A program made the translations under genes and the position numbers. Positions 26,703 to 38,704 of a stretch of DNA of 64,000 nt are shown in pieces. Every line of letters starts with the position of its first letter. Positions within the stretch are counted from its first letter, which is position 1. The stretch comes from Schmidtea polychroa. Taxonomy: Eukaryota. The stretch is from positions 40,054,001-40,118,000 of the forward strand of contig CM097885.1 of the NCBI GenBank assembly GCA_044892525.1. Reading direction: 5' to 3'. A model generated the notes under the pieces. It was given only the letters and a program-made list of their open reading frames with translations, made no database searches and was not told where the DNA came from.

Positions 26703-28011
26703 TGTTGTGCCTGATAAAAATGTTGCCTAATAAAAATACCAAAATAATTATTATTTTTTAAAATATGTATAAAAATAAATCAAAAAATAAAAAGTACTAC
26801 ATAAAAAAATTAATATTCTCCTATAAATCATTTAATTCAAATTATTATTATTTCCTCCTCTTCTTCTTAAACTTGGAAGACTGAGACCCTGTCTGGTAGT
26901 GCTGCTTCTTGATGTGTTGGCCAGTCTTATCATATAATTATATTTAAACTCTCATAATTGATGAATTTCTTCGCTGGAGAGGTTACAAATTTCGGGGGTA
27001 TAATCATTAATTAATAAATTAGAATTTGGATTTAGACCAGAATAACCTAAAAACAAACTGACGGGAGCGTCATTAACAGCTCGATGAAATTTAATGTTAT
27101 ATTCATAAATCATTCTTTTTGAGATTATAACCCAGCATTCCGTATTTCTTTCTTGCATAACAGACAAAAGCATTCTTTTATGGGTAAAGTTAAAACGCCC
27201 AACTTGACCCTGTGATTTAGAGTGATTTGGGGCTGATTTGAATTTTTATCTAACGTTAAAGCTATTACAAAGAGATGAAACAACTCTGTTTTTGAATTCA
27301 TAACCATTGTCTGTGTGTATTTCTTCGGGATAAATCCAGTCAAAAATAAATCTTCTAAATGTATAAAGACTTCGAAAGCGGTCTTTGAAGCACAAGGATA
27401 AGCCCATACGAACCTAGTAGCATAATCTATCACCATTAAAATGTACTTAAATCCGTCGTTTTGGGTTTCGAAATCCAACATGTAAGTTATGTCCATCTGA
27501 AAACGATCCATTTTATTTATTATTATAATTGGTGTTACGGATGATGAGGTAGTTTCTACTTTTCTTCTGGAATAGATACTACATCTATCAAGCACACGTT
27601 TTACGTCTTCTTGCTTAATACTATAATATATGCGCTGCAATTCTTTATAAATAGCCTTTAGACCCTTATGCGAAGCTAAATGGACATCTTCAACGCATAA
27701 AATTTTCTTTGAATTCAATATATTCTAAAATATTATTTTCCATTTTAATAAAAATTCAGTTATTTAATATCTTCATTCTAGTTACCTTTTTAAAAATAAA
27801 TTTCGTTGTAATTTTGTATCGAAATCATGTAAATTTCCGTTAACCATAAAGTTCACATAACAGTTGTATTCTGCTTCCGTATTTATTTGAATTCTTGCAG
27901 GCATTAGAATTATAAAAAAATAATATATCTTTAAAATCGATTTATAATTTATATTAAAAAATTATAATTATTTTGGTATTTTATTAGGTAAATTTTTTAT
28001 TAGGCACCACA
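26703..28011 (-). mobile_element. TGT...ACA TIR DNA transposon with retroviral-type integrase (Ginger/IS481-like), defective
   Basis: ~55-bp TIRs; exact 15-bp flanking direct repeat ACTAGCTTCTACAAT (26688-26702, 28012-28026); no RT or gag inside. Confidence 0.85.
26832..27904 (-). pseudogene. DDE integrase/transposase with HHCC-like finger, frameshifted
   Basis: HLASH..CSIY, FQMDIT, DYATRF, IHTDNGYEF (shifted frame), SQGQVGRFN (E>G). Confidence 0.8.
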
Positions 28012-28167
28012 ACTAGCTTCTACAATGGCAATTTTTTAGGATTTAGATTTAGATATAAATTCTAACGCTTCTTTTATTTTTATATAATTTTTTTAAAGCT
28101 AGTATAGCATCCGCTCTTGTGGACCACCTCGTATCTGATAATTTTTTAAAAGTAAGTACATTGTTGT

Positions 28168-28810
28168 TGTGAGGTGTTTTCAGCTGAGATTTAAATATTT
28201 TAATGATTTATTAAAATAATTTTAAATAATAAATAATTGACTATTTAAATTAACTTTTAAAATAATTTTTAAATTTTTAAATTAAAAAATTAAACAAGCA
28301 AATCATTTTTAAATAAATATATTTTAAATATCGAAATTTTAATAAATGGTTTTGAAAATATTTTATTCAACGCTGAAAATTTGTTTGGAAATTATACAAT
28401 ATTTCATTAAATAAATACTTGGAATTATGATGTTAATTTTTGAACCGGATTTAAAAAATAATTTATAAGATGTGTTAGCAGCTCCTAATATGGCGACCAC
28501 GTTTATGGATTTCTTCATAAAGAAGCTATTTCCAAATGATTATCATAGAGGAAATGATGTTGAAACATTCATTAAAGAATGTGATAAATATTTTAAAATG
28601 GTACAAATGCCTACTTCAAGATAAGAAGTGATGATCGAATTACACATCGACAAACTGATCATATATCACATTTTAAAAGGAAAGATTGCGGAAGGCATTC
28701 GTCAAGAAAACAAGTTTGGTAGAGGATTTATAGACATACCAGCGAGGATCCCGATAAATATTTTACTACCATAGATGAGTTAGTCGATAAAATATTGGGG
28801 CATGAGTTAA
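28168..28810 (+). mobile_element. 5' LTR, PBS and gag start of a truncated LTR retrotransposon
   Basis: 28168-28490 matches the solo LTR at 42935-43300; followed by TGGCGACCAC and MDFFIKKLFPNDYHRGNDVETFIKEC. Confidence 0.75.
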
Positions 28811-29255
28811 ACAAGTTAAGTTTACTTTCCATAACTTTTTTCCGCAAAATATTCTATCGATACGTCGATGCAGATAAAAATGTAAATAAATTTTGAACAA
28901 ACATAAAATAATGAATTGCTGTGGGAAAATTTCCTATCAGATTTAAAGAATGGGCCATACATGGTAAGTAAAGCGTTGTTGGACTATGTTGCTTTATTCG
29001 CGCTTCTATACCTGAATTTTTACCCGACATATTTGCAGCATTGTCGTATGATTGACCTCTACATTTATCAATTGGTATATTAAGTTCATTTAATTTTGCT
29101 ATTACAATATCTTCTAAATAAGACGTGTTGGCGCTTAGGGGGTCATTTAAATGCTCTAGGGTTACTTAGGAATTTTGAATTGACTCTTTCCTAAACGCTT
29201 TCATGACAATTTTACTTCATACTATCTGCGTAACCATGGTAACAACCATGTTGGT

Positions 29256-32200
29256 TATTAGGATTCTCATCCGTTACAGCATTAATATCTGTTTGCAAAT
29301 CACTAAATAATTCCATAAATTTTATTCAATAAATTTTACACTCAAAAACTTGTCTTTCTTATTTTTGTTATTTAAACAAATTTCAATATTTCTTTTAAAA
29401 TATTTTTCGATAAAAATACTTTTTAAGAATGCTAAATTTCAGTCTTCTTTTTAAAATATTTTTTTAAATTTAACAAAATTTCTAATTAAATCTTTAAGAA
29501 TCTATCGACTTCCTTAAGAAATTTTTTAAGTTTTTACACGTTTCTTTCAATCTTTTTACCATTCTGGTTAATAAAGATATATCGTTTGTCATGCACTTTC
29601 TCGATTACTTTATATGGTCCCTCATATCTGTCCTGGCTTTTGCTGCGTGTTTCTAATTTTACTAACACCTCTTCTTCTACATTGAATTTCCTCCTTGATT
29701 GTTCTTCTTGTTCTTCCTTTACCAGTTTTTCCTTTGACCCGTACCATTTTCCCTGCTAATCCTTTTTCCAAAAACTATCTCTGCCAGGCTTATTTCTGTC
29801 ATTTTTTGTTTGGTTGCATTTAATGTAAATTCGACTTCTGGTAGTATCTCTGCCCAATCCGTCTTCGTTCTGTCTCGTAATGTATCAGTCCTTGCTTTCT
29901 TTGCATACTCACTGATGAATCTTCTATAATAATTGCAAATGCCTAGTAAGCTTCGAAGTTTCTTTATGCAACTTGGCTTTCCGAAGTTTTATATAGACTG
30001 AATCTTAGAAGGATCGGTCTGTACTCCTTCTTCGCTGATTATGTATCCTAAGAATCTGATTTCTTTCTTTATTATTTGACACTTTTCTGGGTTAATCTTT
30101 AATCCTGCTTCTTCGATCGCTTTTAATACTTCACTGAGTATTGTATAATGTTTTTCTTTAGTATTCGAATAAATCAAAATGTCATCCAAATACACCATCG
30201 CTCCATTTATTTTCCCTATTACCTTTGTCATCATTTCCTGGAAAGTACCTGATTGACGATATTGTTTTATGTTTATTGGTTCACCTCTTGTAATTATCTT
30301 ATATTTTACCAAATGCGTTCGACTCACATCCCATTTATCCGCCATAAACACGTTTCCACTGTTCGTTATTATTTCCTTTAATTTACTATCCTCATTAATC
30401 TTTGGATGTTCCAACACTGGAGTCTGTCTTTCTCCATCCTTTATTTGTCTGCCAAATTTTGCTTCAATGGTACAAATATAGTTATTGTCTTTTTCACTAG
30501 ATTCGCGATCTTTCTTTTTTGCCAGCCTATATCCAAATACTTCTTGTAATTTTACTCTTCCAATCACCTCTGGTGTCACTTTCTCCTCCACAATGAATTT
30601 AACTTCCTTGGAAATATCTCCGATAATTACTTTAACCTTTGTTCTTCCAATTGTCTCTATCGTACTTTCGTTTGCACATCGTAACTTATCGTTCACACTC
30701 ATTACGTTGTTTCATGCTCCGGTGTCTAATAAACAGTCGAAAATTTCCCCATTCATCATTACTGATACACTAGGTCTTCCATGTAGCTTGTTATACACAA
30801 TTTATACTTCCTGTCCCGTTTCAATTGTTCCAATTCTTTTCATTTTCTTTTCAAACTGTTCTCTCCTTAGGAACTTGTATACTTTCTCACTTACCCTTCC
30901 TACATTTTCCCACTTTTCTACCCCTTGAGAATATCCCATCCACTTTTCTGTTAGTATATGGCTCCAACCAACTCCTCTACTGGTGGAGCCCTGTTGTTTG
31001 TGTAAGTCCTGCTGAAATTATCTTCATTTGTCTCTACGCACTATTCCTTTACCTCTTCTTCCTCGATTCCATTAATCCGACTGTATCTGTTTCCTGTCGG
31101 TCTTTGTTTCTCTATCGTTTTTTGTAACTCGACTTTGTTTAACATTTCTCAGATCTATGACCATTTTTGTTGCATCTTTTACACTGTATTTCTTGACATA
31201 ACCTTCTTATATGACCTTTTTTCCCACAACTAAAACATCTTGGCACTTTTTGATCTGGACAATTCCTACTTATACATCAGCTTCTGTGACACGTCCAGCA
31301 CTCTATCTTACTTTTTATTGAACAGTCTATTTTAGTGTGGCCTATATTGTGGCATAGCCAGTACTCTGGTTCTTCGCGACGCCTACCTTCTTCCTCTTTC
31401 ATCTTTCTGCTTGTACTGTCAACTTCTTTGTGGATTCTGATAGACCACTCTTGCATAACTTTTCATAGCGTTTATCTGATCTCTCTGTTTGTCCACTTTA
31501 TCCATCAGAATTAATGTTTCCTTTATCTTCTCTGTGCTTTTTATCTTCCGCAATATTACTTCTTTCTAAACTTCTTTATTCTCAGCACATACTATCAACA
31601 TCTTTGCTGTTATTTTCTTTTTGGTGAATTCTTTATTTTCAAACAACCTGTCGACAGTTCCTCCACTTTTTTAAATATGTTTCGATCTCTTCGCCTCTTC
31701 TTTTATAATTCAATAAACTTTCCATATCCTTTATTACGTCTCTTAAGTAATCAAATGCCATTCGTAACCTGGCTTGAAATCCTTCTGCTTTTTAGCTGTC
31801 TTAGCATATTTCTCCAATAAATACCGGTTGATCATGCATGCAGTCAATAATTCCCGTTCTTTTTTATTGATGTCTTTAGCATCGATAAAAAATTTCGCAT
31901 CTTCTAATGAACTTTTCCAAGTCATTAGCTTGACAAAACACCTTTGGCAACAATCCTTCGGTGATCACGTCGGTGTTTACCGCTGATACCATATTAGGAT
32001 TCTCATCCGTTAGAACATTAATATCTGTTTGCAAATCACTAAATAATTCCATAAATTTTATTTAATAAATAATACACTCAAAACTTATTTTTTCTTTTTT
32101 TTCTTATTTTGAACAAATTTCAAATTTTCTTTTAAAATATTTTTCGATAAAAATATTTTTAAAAATGTTAAATTTCAATCTTCTTTTTAAAATATACTTC

Positions 32201-32271
32201 GATAAAAATATTTTTAAAATTTAACAAAATTTCTAATTAAATCTTTTAGAATCTTCCATCTTCCTCATACA
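29256..32271 (-). mobile_element. Degenerate, internally deleted Gypsy LTR retrotransposon
   Basis: Diverged LTR pair starting at 29256 and 31992; PBS TGGTATCAG (initiator-Met type) at 31983-31991; zinc knuckles, LLDTGA, YLDDIL, FLGYIIS fragments; no TSD match found. Confidence 0.85.
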
Positions 32272-33949
32272 ATAAAAATGCCCTTATCGAGACTTAAAAA
32301 AGCTTGCTTTCCGAAGTAATCAATAGAGACTTTAGACCTCCTATCAGCAGTCACAAACCCGCCTAGAAAGTATGCAGTGGAGTAGTCTTAAGGCAGAGGC
32401 TCACCTGCTCTGTAGCTTTCGCCGACTTAGCACAATACCAAAATTGTTGCATCCATGGGGGCTTAGTAGTTTTTGAGAAAGTCATGCGGCAACTTTCTGG
32501 TACTGGTAACCATCGCATCCCATGATTATATTCTTACTGTCACTTTTCTTCCTATCTTCTCTTTGAACTTTCGTCCAGAAAGCCCAAAAAATTCGCTGAT
32601 TTATCTTTTTGACACGGTTGGGACGGAATTAAGTCGCATCCATTCTTCGACATCGTCAGACGAGGGACTTCACTTTATCTGCTTTTCAAAAATCTTCGTC
32701 CGTATATCTGTCAATGTCTTACCAAAATATTACATGAGGTACACTGTAATGAGGAGATGGAAACCAAATTATTAACATAAATGACGTTCGTACTGCCATT
32801 GATATTACTAGTAATTATTAAATATTCCCTATTATTGATAGATACCTTATAGATTATATTCATTAACTATTTTTAAAGTAAAAAAATTGTATCACTTAAT
32901 GCATGTATCATTCGAAGCCAAAAAATGTGAGTAAACCCAACATTAAAGGTATCGTCTTATTCGTTATTTAGCCTTGAACAAATATCTTAAACGTCATTTA
33001 TTTATTAAAACGATATTTCTCTTAAATAAAATAAAAAAATTAATTTTACAAACGAAAACTTATGCATAATGTGATCATCAATATAACAAAGAGATAAATA
33101 GATTTTTAATGTTTTATAAGAACTCTTTTTAATTTTCGCCACTGATTTCTTTTCAGTTGACATTGTATGTATTAAAAAGCTTGACTATGAATCAATAAAG
33201 ATATCGATGTTTTTTTGGATATTCACGAATTTTCGGAACTGCCCTTTTCAATGTTTTATTTTTAAATTTGAAATGTGATGATAATATTTCTTCTGAGTTC
33301 TCTAGAACCCACTGTAGGTTTGCGTTGCATCGTCAAGGTTCTTTCACTCTGGGTCGCCGGGTCCAAGCGAACTTCCTGCACAAATAGAGCAAAGCTCTCT
33401 TGCAGGTGTATACTCGAGTGAAACCTCAAATCATAATCCCCAACCCCACAATGTAGGAAGAGGCAAATATTGTTCCTGCCGACCATCCGCGAATCCCTAG
33501 TGTTACTTGATCGACTCATATCGGAGCCCTAGTCAGTGATATCGATCCAGGCTACTATAATAAAACCCACTTGTAGTTTTCCAAAGCAGATAAGATCAAG
33601 GGTAGGAACTAGAGCAAGCCCATGCGTCAACGTCGTAGGTTTCTTGGGGAGGCCGATCCCATTTCTAACTTACAGTTGGACTTTACCATGTTCCATTTCA
33701 ATATCGGTAAACAGTGGTATCCGACGTTCTCCTTAGAGGTTGATGACGATACGGGATTCAGCTTTAACATCTTCTTACTATGATTTTCGGTTACGTCACA
33801 GGTGTCTGAATAAATAAATGTTAATGATAGCTTCCCATGTTTTTGTGATCTGTCTTATCGCAAAATGTAGTGAATTCCGAGGTCATCATAAGGTATATAA
33901 ACTATTTTATTGGATGAAAGGCGATCGCAAACTATGCAAGACCTTCTAT

Positions 33950-34342
33950 AGACCATCCAAAAATCAGAGATGAATGTCAAATGGATAGTCTTCGTAATAA
34001 TGCTCACATCCACATTCTGCTGTGTACAGTATAAACATAGTGAGGTGCCATAGATATACAGGTGGTCGGAACTAACATTCTTGTTTTTGAATATAAACCA
34101 ATTTATTGGTTATAATGAGTATCATTCGATGAGACTTGACTCGATTTTGGTGGTTAAAGAAACCCAGTAGAAGTACGAGACATACTCTTAAAGCAGGGGC
34201 AATTATCTGCACACCTAGAGTAACCCACAGTACCAAAGCATGGTATTCAATGGATCATAAATCTTTAGTCAATCAGATCAAATTAATACCCCGCACGATG
34301 GAAGCTCTTATTAAAAATCATGATAATCCCACAAAATATTAA
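33950..34342 (+). pseudogene. Tc1-like transposase C-terminal remnant
   Basis: AWYSM..LVNQIKLIPRTMEALIKNHDNPTKY* resembles the Tc1 C-terminus (AW..I..L..SMP.R..AVI..KG..TKY). Confidence 0.6.
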
Positions 34343-34665
34343 TGCATTATCGCGTAGTTAACTATTTAACCTAATTTATTGTTTTCGGAACATTTGTATT
34401 CAAATACTTGATTTTATAAATTGTATTTTTAGATGTCTATATGAAATGTCATTTCCTTTTATTTTCCTTCTTTTTTAGGGGTAGTTCCAATAAAAACTGA
34501 TAGTAATGAATATATCGATTCAATAATTAACATTGAAAGAGAAAAGAATTGATCATTTTCAGAGTCATTTGTCGGAAAAGCCTAAACCTATTACTGAACA
34601 CCACATCGTACTTCTTCCCTGTGAGGCGTTTTGTAATTTGTATTAAAATAATGGTATGATGTTGT

Positions 34666-35422
34666 CAGTGGCGTAGCTACCATATAGCAAGAGTAAGCAA
34701 TGCATTGGACAGGGGGGCCTTTTTTCCAAGTTTCCTTAATTTTCTTCAGAAAACAATGTCAAACAACGTCCCGGTCGGCACCAGTCAACGGGGACCTCCA
34801 AATGATCGATTTGTGGTTTTATGAAATAAAGCTCCACTGTTTTGTTTACTTATTGCATTAAGTACATTATTTACCTGCATTTTACCTATTTATGCAATCC
34901 CCTCTGCCTCTCCTTCGCTAATAATATACTCTATAAGCAAGCAACTTTATCTAAGTAAATCGCCCATTCATATAGGGGTCGAAAAAATTGTTTCGCTTGT
35001 CGGCTATACACATTTGTCCCTGATACATTACTATCATTTACGATTTATACTGTTATATTGTATATTGAGCTCTAATTATTTAATTAAATCGTCTTTCCAA
35101 AGAGGACCCAAAAAAATGTTTTGCCTGTGACGCAAAACTCCTCTCTAACTATAGGCCCTTCTTTCAATTAACACTCTCCCCTCCCTCTTAAAAAAATCTT
35201 GGGTAGGCCTACGCCACTGGTCTCATACCGTACAAAAAAACAGGTGTTCCATCAAAATTTCGAGACTTACGAAGTGTTCCGTCGCAGGAAAAGTTTGGAA
35301 ACACCTTATTTTTTTTCCTGTGGCGCATTGGTGCCCCGCACCTATTTCACATGTGTATGCAGTATAGGGGGCCCATCTATGACTCATTGCATAGGGGCCC
35401 AAAATTTCTAGCTACACCACTG
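34666..35422. mobile_element. Non-autonomous hAT (MITE-like)
   Basis: TIR CAGTGGCGTAGCTA / TAGCTACACCACTG; perfect 8-bp TSD GATGTTGT. Confidence 0.9.
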
Positions 35423-38145
35423 GATGTTGTGCATGTTTGGTTGTATGCTGGAATCCTTACTTATAGATTAATTATTATTTTTTAGAAACTCCTCAAACAA
35501 ATTAACGTTATAATTTGTTTTAATAATATTTGTGTTTTAATAATAAACATGTTAATATAGTTTTAGTTATGGATTCTATTAATACCCGTAGCTCTGTGGC
35601 TAATATTCCCTATCAGAGAAAACTGTTACCTAAGAAGAGCTACGACTAGGAGCATCCATGGTCTTGCTGAATATTGAAGATCAATAGTCAATTGTAATCA
35701 GCTTTCTAATTTTGAAACAATTACGAAATAAATTATTAATTAGGAAAATACTAAATAAAATATTAAAAAAGTTGAATTTGTCGTTATTTAATTCTATAAC
35801 AGTACAATACTAAATATATAATTGAGTTTTATAGTGTCTAGCATATGTGACACTTAATTATTAATAAAGTTACACAAAATACTAAGATTAATAAATACTA
35901 ATAAGTCTCATTATATTGCCCATTTCACGGTCATATTTTATAGAGAACTTAAAAAAATATTACAATAACTAATTATTTTTAGCAAATTACATTCTCTAAG
36001 CAGCTAAATAAACAAAATTTCAGTAAAGGAAAAAACATTCTTACAAATCAGCAATTTTAAGTGATCCTGAAAATCCATGAATCAATCTTATAAATTTTTT
36101 ATAAATATGAATTGTTAAAAGATAATCTGATAGGGGAAACTTAACTTATAAAGTTATCCTATGTACATATACTTTTAATTTAGACTATAATTTTAGAAAA
36201 AATTAAGTTGAAAAAGTTCTATCGTTTATATAATTAAAAAGAATTTCAAAAATTGGAATACGCGAAATTTTAGTCAAGAAATTATTTTAATTACCTAATT
36301 AAGTTTTCTCAGTATATATAAACCTAAATCGTATTAATAATATTAGCAAAATCAATCATTAGAAGCTTTAAAATATATTTTCAATATGAATAACTAAATG
36401 CCACAATACCAAATTATTATTCTTTGAAAAATAAGCTACACAGATTAGATTATTTTTAGAAAATAAAAACAAGGATTTATAAATATATAAATTGTTCAAC
36501 TATTTAAATATTTGAAATATAATAAATTTGTAAATAATGATAAATTCTTCTATAAAAAAATTTTATTATTTCAAAAGTTTTTAAAAATTTATAAAACATT
36601 TAGAAGTACAATTAGAAATTTTAAATTGTAAATAAAACTGAAAATTTCAAATATTTATTTGAAATTTTCAGTTTTATAAATTATCAAAATTATAATTTAG
36701 TTTGATAATAAGATGACAATATTTATTTTAAAAGTCGTACGATTTCGATGTTTTCATTAATTTGTTTAAGTTATTCCTTGATACAAAGATTTTGGTTACA
36801 AATTTTAATTGGTTTCTTAAACATTGTTGATTCAACAAAGTTTATTTTATGCGCAGTTGTGCTATTATATATTTCAGTCAACCTAGATTTTGTTACTGGA
36901 ATATTATCCTTATCAGGTAAATATTTAAAGTTTTATCAATAGTTGAAAATAATACATGAAACTAAATGTTTTATTATTAATTGACATTTAATAATACAAT
37001 TTAAAATTCCATACTTTATATGGTTGACATATCTATATTTTTCATTTGATGGTATATAATAATTTTTGAAATTATGCAAATTATTGTATTATATAATTTT
37101 GAAAGATCATGAATATGAAAAATAGATTATTAAGACAAAAACTTCATTTTTTTCAAAATTTTAGAAGTATATCAATTAAAAAGTATTTTTAATTTAATTA
37201 AAATATATTTTTGGAAATTTTATAAAACTAATTGGTAATTTGATTGGTTTAAATTTAAATGAAATTTGAAAAGAATTTCGTAACTGAGTGAGTCTGTATG
37301 TAATGACTTTATAAATTTATTTAATCTATATGTAAAATACAATTAGTTTTTGGGCTCGGTTTACTGAAGTTGTAATAATAGTAACGTTAAAACTGCTATG
37401 CTTTATACTAAAGTTCAAATTTGAACGGTGTGTTGTCAAATGATAAGTATAGTGCCAGATATAAATAACTAATGGTGTGATTTATTTTATAAAATACAAT
37501 ATCATTAGATTTTATTTTTTTTATATTTGTCCTTTTATTTTATATAATAAAAGTGAGAAACTTTCAATTAAAGCTCGAAAGATTTTCAGTGGAGATTTAT
37601 TTTGTCTTATTTTGGTATTGCATTTTTTTAATTAACAGAGAAATGATAAAATTATGGCGTAAAAAATCAAATCAATTCAAAAAGAACAAAGCTTCACTGT
37701 ATCGGGATGTTGTATATTTTGACGTGAGTTTTATTTTTTTTTATCAAAATCTTTTAATGGAATTTAAAACAATTTATTAAAATGAATTTTTAAGGTACAA
37801 TTTTGATAAATATTTTGTAATGAATTTTCATTTTATGCGGTAGATAAGTTCTTTTATTTTGTTTGAAAAATTAAGGATTTATTTCATACCTTCTAAAAAT
37901 CACACAACTTCAGTTGTATTAATCAAACAATAACGCCATGAAGGAAAAATTAAAATTTTTAAAATTGTTTAATTTCATTATAGTTTTAAATACTTGTATC
38001 AAATATCTAATTTAAATAATTGACACCTATCAGCCGTTCTAGGGCATTATCAGCTCATCACCTCTTCACGCAACTTCATTTAGCCCACGCCTCCTACTTT
38101 ATTTATTTCGCAGGTTAACTATTTTATGAATTGTTCTATATAAAA

Positions 38146-38704
38146 AATTAATATTCTCTTTAAAACTCATTTGGTCACATTTGGTCACACTAAAGTTGAA
38201 TATTACGTGAAATGGTGCATATTTAATTTATAAAGAGTTAATCTTTTTGAAAATGACAAATAGAAATCTATTATTAATTATGAAATATTTATTTAAAAAT
38301 AGAAACACAAATGTCTTAATATCTTTCTTCCTACTTATCATTAAATTCCCATCTAGATATTAAAATATTTCCTTTGTTTATCTTCTTTCGCTACCCTCCA
38401 CTTTGACATTTCAAAAAAATCAATTAATATTCTCTTTAAAACTCATTTGGTCACATTTGGTCACACTAAAGTTGAATATTACGTGAAATGGTGCATATTT
38501 AATTTATAAAGAGTTAATCTTTTTGAAAATGACAAATAGAAATCTATTATTAATTATGAAATATTTATTTAAAAATAGAAACACAAATGTCTTAATATCT
38601 TTCTTCCTACTTATCATTAAATTCCCATCTAGATAATTAAAATATTTCCTTTGTTTATCTTTTTTCGCTACCCTCCACTTTGACATTTCAAAAAAATCAA
38701 TTAC
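38146..38704. repeat. Tandem duplication, period ~276 bp
   Basis: Two near-identical copies beginning AATTAATATTCTCTTTAAAACTC. Confidence 0.92.

Larger units (their letters stand above)
25130..28160 (-). pseudogene. Fragmented hAT transposase remnant interrupted by later insertions
   Basis: KKLSDTRWSTRADA near 28110-28150; ETALMTVLWNFILQR near 26650; ILRISLTMPISNAS dimerisation-domain motif near 25250. Confidence 0.75.

Noticed and set aside
32280..32775. Possible non-LTR retroelement or gene fragment
   Set aside because: GC-richer, but no recognisable motif in any frame
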